DNA from: Rhodobacter capsulatus SB 1003
GTDB taxonomy: Bacteria > Pseudomonadota > Alphaproteobacteria > Rhodobacterales > Rhodobacteraceae
Assembly (NCBI RefSeq): GCF_000021865.1
Contig: NC_014034.1
Location: 210,001-242,000 of the forward strand
Length of the DNA: 32,000 nucleotides
Direction of reading: 5' to 3'
Every line of letters starts with the position of its first letter. Positions within the stretch are counted from its first letter, which is position 1. The notes under the pieces are model-generated. The model did not search any database, had not been told where the DNA came from, and was given only the letters and a program-made list of their open reading frames with translations. This document shows, one piece after another, positions 24,305-32,000 of this stretch. The position numbers and the translations under genes are program-made.

Positions 24305-25134
24305 TGCGCGCCGCTCTGGTCCAGCTTTCGGTGACGGATGATCCGGCGGCGAACCTGCCGGTGACGGTCGATTTCATCCGGCAGGCTGCGGCAGGCGGGG
24401 CGGGCTTCGTGCTGACACCGGAATGCACCAATCTTCTGTCCTCGGACCGCGCCTTGCAGCGCGCGGTGCTGGCGCATGAAGACGAGGATGCGACGCTCTC
24501 CGCCCTGCGCGCCGAGGCGGAGCGTCTGGGCATCTGGTTGCTGATCGGCTCGCTGGGGCTGAAGACCCATGACCCGGACGGCCGCTTTGCCAACCGGTCG
24601 TTCCTGATCGGACCTGCCGGGCAGATCGTCGCCCGTTACGACAAGATCCACATGTTCGACGTCGATGTCAGCCCGACCGAGCGCTATCGCGAATCCGAGG
24701 CTTATCGCCCCGGGACGAAGGCGGTCCTGGCCGAGGCCGGTTTCGCGCGGATCGGCATGGCGATCTGTTATGACCTGCGCTTTCCGCAGCTTTTCCGCAG
24801 GCTCTCGCAGGCGGGGGCAGAGGTGCTGACCCTGCCCGCGGCCTTCAATGACACCACGGGCGCGGCGCATTGGGAAAGCCTGATCCGGGCGCGGGCGATC
24901 GAAAACACCTGTTTCGTGCTGGCCCCGGCGCAATGCGGCACCCATGCGGCGCACGCCGGAAAACCGCGCCGGACGCATGGCCACAGCCTCGCCGTCGCGC
25001 CCTGGGGCGAGGTGCTGGCCGATGGCGGCACGGAGCCCGGGGTGACGCTGGTCGATCTCGATCTTTCCCGCGTCGCCGAGGCCCGCGCCCGCGTGCCCTC
25101 GATCACCCATGACCGCGGGTTTGACGGCCCATGA
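24304..25134 (+). CDS. Carbon-nitrogen hydrolase (nitrilase superfamily) protein
   Basis: Track ORF 24301-25134. The ATG at 24304 forms an ATGA overlap with the grxC stop. Glu-Lys-Cys triad contexts TPECTN, YDKIHMFD and MAICYDLRFP. Confidence 0.88.
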   Translation: MRAALVQLSVTDDPAANLPVTVDFIRQAAAGGAGFVLTPECTNLLSSDRALQRAVLAHEDEDATLSALRAEAERLGIWLLIGSLGLKTHDPDGRFANRSFLIGPAGQIVARYDKIHMFDVDVSPTERYRESEAYRPGTKAVLAEAGFARIGMAICYDLRFPQLFRRLSQAGAEVLTLPAAFNDTTGAAHWESLIRARAIENTCFVLAPAQCGTHAAHAGKPRRTHGHSLAVAPWGEVLADGGTEPGVTLVDLDLSRVAEARARVPSITHDRGFDGP

Positions 25135-25571
25135 GCGATCCGACCGACCCGCTTGCCGCCGCGCTCTTCGCCGAGGTCTTCATGGCCGATCAGCTGGCGC
25201 GCAACGTGGTCAGCCGGGCGCTGCCGAAGGGGATGGAGATTTCCCACTTCTCGGTCTTGAACCACCTGGCCCATATTGCCGAGGAACGCACGCCCGCGCA
25301 ATTGGCCGCGACCTTCCACGTCACCCGCGGCGCGATGACCAACACGCTGTCGAAACTGGTCTGGGCGGGGCATGTGCATATCCGCCCCGATTGGGACGAT
25401 GCGCGGCGCAAGTTCGTGGCGATCTCGCCCGCGGGGCGGCAGGCGCGGGATGCCGCGCTGGCCTCCTTCATGCCGGTGATTGCCGATGTGGTGCGCGACA
25501 TCGGCGCCGACAAGGTCCGCGCCGCCTTGCCCGTGCTGCGCGAATTGCGGCTGCGGCTCGAGGAAAGCTGA
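25131..25571 (+). CDS. MarR-family transcriptional regulator
   Basis: Track ORF of 146 aa; ATGA overlap with the upstream gene. Winged-helix core SHFSVLNHLAHIAEERTPAQLAATFHVTRGAMTNTLSKLVWAGHVHIRPDWDDARRKFVAISPAG. Confidence 0.8.
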   Translation: MSDPTDPLAAALFAEVFMADQLARNVVSRALPKGMEISHFSVLNHLAHIAEERTPAQLAATFHVTRGAMTNTLSKLVWAGHVHIRPDWDDARRKFVAISPAGRQARDAALASFMPVIADVVRDIGADKVRAALPVLRELRLRLEES

Positions 25572-25608
25572 AGCCGCGGAACGGGGGGCTTTCCGCCCCG
25601 CACCCCCC

Positions 25609-25670
25609 GGGCGTATTTGCACCAAGAAAAAGCGAACGGGTTTCTTCTTGGGAAAAATACGCCCCTTTTT
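25609..25670 (+). terminator. Long imperfect hairpin followed by a T-run (probable marR-operon terminator)
   Basis: GGGCGTATTT-gca-CCAAGAA (25609-25628) pairs with TTCTTGG-gaa-AAATACGCCC (25645-25664), followed by C-TTTTT (25665-25670). Confidence 0.6.
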
Positions 25671-25698
25671 CTTGGCTCAAATACGCAGTCTTCACATC

Positions 25699-25728
25699 AA
25701 AAAGGCCCCGCCGAACGAACGGCGGGGC
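25699..25728 (-). terminator. Rho-independent terminator of ccrM
   Basis: On the minus strand: GCCCCGCCG-ttcgtt-CGGCGGGGC followed by CTTTTT, about 55 nt downstream of the ccrM stop. Confidence 0.8.
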
Positions 25729-25781
25729 AAGGTCGTGCCTTGGACGCATCGTCCAGACACCGGCGGTAACCGTTTGATCTT

Positions 25782-26994
<1,213 letters not shown>

Positions 26995-26996
<2 letters not shown>

Positions 26997-27630
26997 AACG
27001 GGTTACAGAAATGTCTTGGCACAAGATGTTGTGCACGGGCTTGAAGGAACGCCTATGAACGGGGGTGACCCCAAGATCTAGAAGCGCCTGCAGATGGTCC
27101 CGGGTCGGGTAGCCCGCGTTCCTCTCCCAGCCATAGCCCGGGTATTGTTGCGCCAAATCCACCATCAGCGCATCGCGGATTTCCTTGGCCAGGATCGAGG
27201 CGGCGGCGATCGAGACCGACCTCGCATCGCCCTTCACGATCGCCTCGGCCGAGATCGTCAGCGCCTTCGGCAGCCGGTTGCCGTCGATCAGCACGTGATC
27301 GGGCGGGGTTTTCAGCCCTTCGATGGCGCGGATCATCGCCAGATGGCTGGCCTGCAGGATGTTGAGCGCGTCGATTTCCGCGACCGAGGCATGGGCAACG
27401 GACACGTCGGCCGTGGCGGTGATCTGCGCCACCAGCGCGGCGCGGCGTTTCGCGGAAAGCTTCTTCGAATCATTCAGCCCCTCGGGGAGGCAGGAAAGAT
27501 CCAGCACGACGGCGGCGGCGGTGACCGGGCCGCAGAGGGGGCCGCGGCCGACCTCGTCGACGCCGGCGATTCGGGTGAAGCCGCGGGCCAGTGCGGCCTG
27601 TTCAAAACGGGTGTCGGGGGCGGTGCTCAT
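26995..27630 (-). CDS. rnhB: Ribonuclease HII
   Basis: In-frame ATG at 27630 within track ORF 26995-27972 ([11 protein letters not shown]...). Motifs [10 protein letters not shown] and DSKKLS. 211 aa. Confidence 0.9.
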
Positions 27631-27706
27631 GGCCCCGGTGTGGCGCCTGATGGCGCGGATGGCAACGAAAAAGGCGCGAGGTTTCCCCCGCGCCAGATCG
27701 TCCGGT

Positions 27707-28096
27707 TCAACGGTTGTGGTAGTAGCGCCAGTCATCCGGGCCCCAGACCTGCGGCGGCGGACGGCGGTCACGGCGATGCCCGCGCCGGTCATCGCAGCCG
27801 GGGGAATGTTCCTCGATCCGGCGGCCATGGCGGTCGTACCAGATCTCGACCCGGCAATCGTCGGCGCGGCGATAGTCGCGGTCATCACGCCTCGGCGGCT
27901 GCGGCGGCGGGCGGTGGTCGCGGCGGGATTCGCTGCCATCGGCGATGGCGGCCAGCACGCCCAGACCGACAATCAGGCCCAGCGCCGCCCGGTCGCGGTC
28001 GTTCATGGCGCTGGCGGGCGTGGCCGAGATTCCCGTCAGCGCGACGGCACCGGCAAGCACGGCGGCGGTCAGGCGCGGGAAGGCGAAGGCAGTCAT
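27707..28096 (-). CDS. Hypothetical secreted Arg/Asp/Pro-rich protein (129 aa)
   Basis: In-frame ATG at 28096 in track ORF 27707-28159, with AAAGGA upstream. Signal peptide [30 protein letters not shown], then a second hydrophobic stretch. The highly charged region carries two RRD(H/R)RPPPQ copies flanking a Cys...Cys loop. Confidence 0.5.
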   Translation of the reverse strand: MTAFAFPRLTAAVLAGAVALTGISATPASAMNDRDRAALGLIVGLGVLAAIADGSESRRDHRPPPQPPRRDDRDYRRADDCRVEIWYDRHGRRIEEHSPGCDDRRGHRRDRRPPPQVWGPDDWRYYHNR

Positions 28097-28267
28097 GGCA
28101 GGGATCCTTTGAAGGCGGGCCGGGTTCGCAACGGCCTGCGGTTTGCCTGGTCCAACCATGGGGGCCGCCCCCGCCGCAGCGCAATATCAGCCCCGTGTTA
28201 TCCGATATCCGCGGCGAAAATCCCTTTGGTTCTTGCATGTCACGGCCCGCCCGGGCAGCCTGCACCC

Positions 28268-28549
28268 ATGATGAGACCCCTGTTCCTTGCCCTTCTGCTT
28301 CTGGCCGCCGCCCCGGCGCAGGCGCAATGTTTCGCCTCGTGGAAGGCGAAGCAGGATGCGCCCCTGCGGCTAATCTATGGCGTGTCCGAAGTGCCCGATG
28401 CCGCCTGTTCGAAGAAAGCCGCCAAGGCGGAGCTGGCGCCGCGTCTGGCGGCGGCGGGCTGGACGCTGCTGACCGTCGTTTCGGTCTTCGGCCCCGAGGG
28501 GCTCGCGCAAAGAAAGGACAGTTCCGGTGCATTCTTCCTCCGTTACTGA
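28268..28549 (+). CDS. Hypothetical small secreted protein (93 aa, two Cys)
   Basis: In-frame ATG at 28268 in track ORF 27323-28549. Signal peptide MMRPLFLALLLLAAAPAQA. High GC3 in this frame. No strong SD sequence. Confidence 0.55.
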   Translation: MMRPLFLALLLLAAAPAQAQCFASWKAKQDAPLRLIYGVSEVPDAACSKKAAKAELAPRLAAAGWTLLTVVSVFGPEGLAQRKDSSGAFFLRY

Positions 28550-29225
28550 GGGGCTGAAGACCGGCTCGCGGGCGCTGATCTGGGGGGTGGTGGCGATCGG
28601 TCTGGCCCTGGCTTCGGCGGCGGCCTTCCTGTTCCTGTCGCTGCCCGACAGCAATGCCTTCGATGCCCGGGTCGAGCAGATCTTCGTGCAAAACGACGTG
28701 CTGACGAACCCGACGCAGCTGCGGCTCTTGGAGGTGCTGGCGCAATCGTCGAACACATTCGCCGACATGCTGCATTCCTATCGGGTGATCATCTTCATCC
28801 TCTTGGTCTTTGCCATGGTGCTGATGGTGGCGGCGCTGGTGCTTCTGGTCGTCATCCTGGGTCTGAACCGGCGGATGAGTGCCATTCAGCGCGCCGGGAT
28901 CGAGGTGCAGAGCCTGCGCATCCTGCGCGCGGAAAATGCTGTGATGCTGAATGACATGGTTTTCACCCTGACCCCCGCGGCGATCGAGACGCTCGCCGTT
29001 CTGGCCGAGGCGCGGATGGACGACGAATGGCTGACCGGCGCACGGATCGAATCGGTGATTTCAGGCCGTCCCGAGGGCGATTGCGAGGAAGCCGCCGGGG
29101 CCACCCGGATCAAGCGGCTGCGCGATGCCTTGGGCAATGCGCTGGTGTCGGAACTGCTGGTGAGAAATGTTTCACGAAAGGGTTACACGCTCGGCGTAGC
29201 GAAGGAGCGGCTGCGGGTGGACTGA
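28527..29225 (+). CDS. Two-TM membrane protein with a C-terminal OmpR/PhoB-type winged-helix DNA-binding domain
   Basis: Track ORF; GTG start with AAAGGA 9 nt upstream. TM1 ALIWGVVAIGLALASAAAFLFLSL and TM2 VIIFILLVFAMVLMVAALVLLVVILGL. The C-terminus (FTLTPAAIETLAVLAEA...ATRIKRLRDALG...VRNVSRKGYTLGV) matches the trans_reg_C pattern. Confidence 0.62.
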   Translation: MHSSSVTEGLKTGSRALIWGVVAIGLALASAAAFLFLSLPDSNAFDARVEQIFVQNDVLTNPTQLRLLEVLAQSSNTFADMLHSYRVIIFILLVFAMVLMVAALVLLVVILGLNRRMSAIQRAGIEVQSLRILRAENAVMLNDMVFTLTPAAIETLAVLAEARMDDEWLTGARIESVISGRPEGDCEEAAGATRIKRLRDALGNALVSELLVRNVSRKGYTLGVAKERLRVD

Positions 29226-29312
29226 CCCCTTGGCCCCGGATCCGCGAATCCTGTTGCGCGGGGGGGGAGGGGGTCCTATATCGCGGCTTCACTTTCGCGC
29301 GGGGGGGAGCCC

Positions 29313-30407
29313 ATGATTCCGACGCCCTTCTATCTGATCGACGAGACGGCGCTTTTGCAGAACCTGCAAAAGATCGACCTGTTGCGCGAAGCCTCGGGGG
29401 CCAAGGCGCTGCTGGCGCTGAAATGTTTCGCCACCTGGTCGGCCTTTGACATCATGCGCCCGCATATGGATGGCACCACCTCCAGCTCGCTTTACGAGCT
29501 GCGTCTGGGGCGCGAGAAATTCGGCAAGGAGACGCACGCCTATTCGGTGGCCTGGTCGGATCGCGAGATCGACGAGGCCTGTGCCTATGCCGACAAGATC
29601 ATCTTCAATTCGGTGGGCCAGCTGACCCGTTTTGCCGAGCCGTCGCAGGGCATCCAGCGCGGCGTGCGGCTCAACCCGCGGTTCTCGACCTCTGGTTTTG
29701 ACCTTGCCGATCCGGCGCGGCCGTTTTCGCGGCTGGGCGAATGGGATGTGACGAAGCTTCTGGGCGTTGCCGATCTGATTTCCGGCGTGATGATCCATTA
29801 CAACTGCGAGAACCGCGATTTCGCGCTGTTTGATGACCAGCTGGGCCGGATCGAACGGGAATTTGCGCCGCTTCTGGAAAAGCTCGACTGGGTCAGCCTG
29901 GGCGGCGGCATCCATTTCACCGGCGAGGGCTATCCGCTGGAAGAGCTTGCCAAGCGGCTGAAAACCTTCTCGGATCGCTTCGGCGTGCAGGTCTATCTGG
30001 AACCCGGCGAAGCCTCGATCACCAAATCGACGACGCTTGAGGTCACGGTTCTCGACCTGCTCGACAATGGCAAGCAACTGGCCATCGTCGACAGCTCGAT
30101 CGAAGCGCATATGCTTGATCTGCTGATCTACCGCGAAAGCGCGAAGCTGCCGCAGGAGGGCGATCACGCCTATCAGATCTGCGGCAAGTCCTGCCTTGCG
30201 GGCGACATCTTCGGGGAAGCGCGGTTCCCCGCGCCGCTGAAGGTCGGTGACCGCATCTCGGTTGCGGATGCGGCAGGCTACACCATGGTGAAGAAGAACT
30301 GGTTCAACGGCGTCAACATGCCGTCGATCGCGATCAAACGCGCTTCGGGCCAGATCGATCTGATCCGCGAGTTCACCTACGAGGATTACCTCTCATCCCT
30401 GTCCTGA
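29313..30407 (+). CDS. nspC: Carboxynorspermidine/carboxyspermidine decarboxylase
   Basis: Track ORF of 364 aa. The N-terminus MIPTPFYLIDE...ALLALKCF and the overall sequence are typical of the CANSDC family (PLP-dependent, Orn/DAP decarboxylase-like fold). Confidence 0.88.
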   Translation: MIPTPFYLIDETALLQNLQKIDLLREASGAKALLALKCFATWSAFDIMRPHMDGTTSSSLYELRLGREKFGKETHAYSVAWSDREIDEACAYADKIIFNSVGQLTRFAEPSQGIQRGVRLNPRFSTSGFDLADPARPFSRLGEWDVTKLLGVADLISGVMIHYNCENRDFALFDDQLGRIEREFAPLLEKLDWVSLGGGIHFTGEGYPLEELAKRLKTFSDRFGVQVYLEPGEASITKSTTLEVTVLDLLDNGKQLAIVDSSIEAHMLDLLIYRESAKLPQEGDHAYQICGKSCLAGDIFGEARFPAPLKVGDRISVADAAGYTMVKKNWFNGVNMPSIAIKRASGQIDLIREFTYEDYLSSLS

Positions 30408-30453
30408 GGGGCTGATCGCCCCCTTCCCTGTCTCGTGAAAGGAGCCAGAAGAA

Positions 30454-31689
30454 GTGAAGAAGAACGTGCTTATCATCGGTGCCGGTGGCGTCGCGCAGGT
30501 GGTTGCCCACAAATGCGCGCAACACAACGACATTCTGGGTGACCTGCACATCGCATCGCGCACGGCCGCGAAATGCGACGCCATCATCGCCTCGGTGCAC
30601 GAGAAGAACGCGATGAAGGTGCAAGGCACGTTCACGGCGCATGCCGTCGATGCGATGGACACGGCGGCGGTGGCCGCGCTGATCCGTCAGACCGGGGCGC
30701 AGATCGTCATCAACGTCGGCTCCTCCTTCGTCAACATGACGGTGCTTGAGGCCTGCATCGAGACCGGCGTCGCCTATATGGACACGGCGATTCACGAAGA
30801 CCCGAAGAAGATCTGCGAAGCGCCGCCGTGGTATGGCAACTACGAATGGCAGCGGCGCGAGGCCTGCAAGGCCGCGGGCGTGACCGCGATTCTGGGGGTG
30901 GGCTTCGATCCGGGCGTGGTGAATGCCTATGTGCGGCTGGCCGAGGAAGAATTCCTCGACACGATCGAGAGCATCGACATCGTCGATATCAACGCCGGAT
31001 CGCATGGCCGCTGGTTCGCGACGAATTTCGACCCCGAGATCAACTTCCGCGAATTCACCGGCACGGTCTATTCCTGGCAAAAGGGCGCCTGGCAGACGAA
31101 CAAAATGTTCGAAGTGGGCAAGGAATGGGATCTGCCCGTCGTCGGCACGCAGAAAGCTTACCTCACCGGCCATGACGAGGTGCATTCGCTGTCCGCCCGG
31201 TATCCGGGGGCAGACGTGCGCTTCTGGATGGGCTTTGGCGATCACTACATCAACGTCTTCACCGTGCTGAAAAACCTTGGGCTGCTCTCGGAAAAGCCGG
31301 TGAAAACCGCCGAGGGGCAGGAGGTGATCCCGCTCAAGGTGGTGAAGGCCGTGCTGCCCGATCCGGCCAGCCTTGCGCCCGATTATGTGGGCAAGACCTG
31401 CATCGGCGACGTGATCCGCGGCACGAAAGACGGCAAACCGGCCGAGGTCTTCCTCTATAACGTCGCCGATCACAAGGAAGCCTATGAAGAGGTGGGAAGC
31501 CAGGGCATTTCCTACACCGCGGGCGTGCCGCCGGTCGCCGCCGCGATCCTGATTGCCAAGGGCATCTGGGACGTCGGTCACATGGCCAACGTCGAAGAGC
31601 TGCCGCCGCGGCCCTTCCTGGAACTTCTGGGCGAGATGGGCCTGCCGAACCGGGTCATCGACGCCAGCGGGCAAGATCGCCCGATCTGA
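30454..31689 (+). CDS. Carboxynorspermidine synthase/dehydrogenase (saccharopine dehydrogenase family)
   Basis: Track ORF; GTG start with AAAGGAG upstream. Rossmann motif VLIIGAGGVAQVVAHK. The 411-aa length and the pairing with nspC are typical. Confidence 0.88.
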   Translation: MKKNVLIIGAGGVAQVVAHKCAQHNDILGDLHIASRTAAKCDAIIASVHEKNAMKVQGTFTAHAVDAMDTAAVAALIRQTGAQIVINVGSSFVNMTVLEACIETGVAYMDTAIHEDPKKICEAPPWYGNYEWQRREACKAAGVTAILGVGFDPGVVNAYVRLAEEEFLDTIESIDIVDINAGSHGRWFATNFDPEINFREFTGTVYSWQKGAWQTNKMFEVGKEWDLPVVGTQKAYLTGHDEVHSLSARYPGADVRFWMGFGDHYINVFTVLKNLGLLSEKPVKTAEGQEVIPLKVVKAVLPDPASLAPDYVGKTCIGDVIRGTKDGKPAEVFLYNVADHKEAYEEVGSQGISYTAGVPPVAAAILIAKGIWDVGHMANVEELPPRPFLELLGEMGLPNRVIDASGQDRPI

Positions 31690-31712
31690 ACCCCCCGACC
31701 AGACCGAAGACA

Positions 31713-31744
31713 CCCCGGGCCGCATCGGTCCGGGGTTCTGCTTT
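31713..31744 (+). terminator. Probable Rho-independent terminator after the polyamine genes
   Basis: CCCCGGGCC-gcatc-GGTCCGGGG (one mismatch) followed by TTCTGCTTT. Confidence 0.55.
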
Positions 31745-31817
31745 CCCCCCTTGGCCCCTTGAGATACGGGCGAAAACGCACTAGACCCGCGCGAAACCGC
31801 AGTTCCGGAGGCTCCTC

Positions 31818-32000
31818 ATGTCTGCTCCCAAGAAAGTCGTGCTTGCCTATTCGGGCGGCCTTGACACCTCGATCATCCTGAAATGGCTGCAGACCGAATA
31901 CGGCTGCGAGGTCATCACCTTCACCGCCGATCTGGGGCAGGGCGAGGAGCTGGAACCGGCCCGCGCCAAGGCCGAGCTGATGGGGATCAAAAAGGAAAAC
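31818..32000 (+). CDS. argG: Argininosuccinate synthase, N-terminal 61 codons (continues past the window end)
   Basis: Hand translation gives [61 protein letters not shown]. It contains the [12 protein letters not shown]-binding motif. Missing from the track because it runs off the right edge. Confidence 0.92.
   Translation, partial: MSAPKKVVLAYSGGLDTSIILKWLQTEYGCEVITFTADLGQGEELEPARAKAELMGIKKEN

Overview
This is a high-GC (about two-thirds G+C by eye) alphaproteobacterial chromosomal segment. The taxon is an inference from ccrM plus Rhodobacterales-like gene content. I can support about 30 protein-coding genes, and most are housekeeping: ilvA, hslO, two NUDIX hydrolases, cca, an ABC exporter, an RNA methyltransferase, two L,D-transpeptidases, hemH, comF, grxC, a nitrilase-family hydrolase, marR, ccrM, rnhB, the polyamine genes nspC and CANSDH, and argG. 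The one clearly accessory block is a tightly packed minus-strand type I secretion (T1SS) adhesin operon at 5122-12656, in the same gene order as Salmonella bapABCD (substrate, TolC-like, ABC, HlyD). Next to it are a divergent Hpt / receiver-PP2C phosphatase pair (3360-5125) and a partial RTX calcium-binding protein gene that runs off the left edge (1-1900, absent from the ORF track). I found no rRNA, tRNA, CRISPR array, transposase or integrase, prophage, or recognisable defence system. I do not see convincing evidence for a wholly new system. The most unusual items are: (i) a (Pro-Thr-Asp)n 9-bp tandem repeat with 18/36-bp higher-order structure inside the adhesin gene; (ii) the adhesin N-terminal retention-like module with no LapG/LapD in the window; (iii) a cluster of three unknown genes, two small secreted proteins plus a two-TM protein with a C-terminal OmpR-type winged helix, just upstream of the polyamine genes; (iv) structured intergenic regions upstream of hemH, between marR and ccrM, and upstream of ccrM. 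Many very long ORFs in the track are antisense GC3-mirror artefacts and were rejected. CDS coordinates were frame-checked against the ORF track. Non-coding coordinates were hand-counted and may be off by a few nt.
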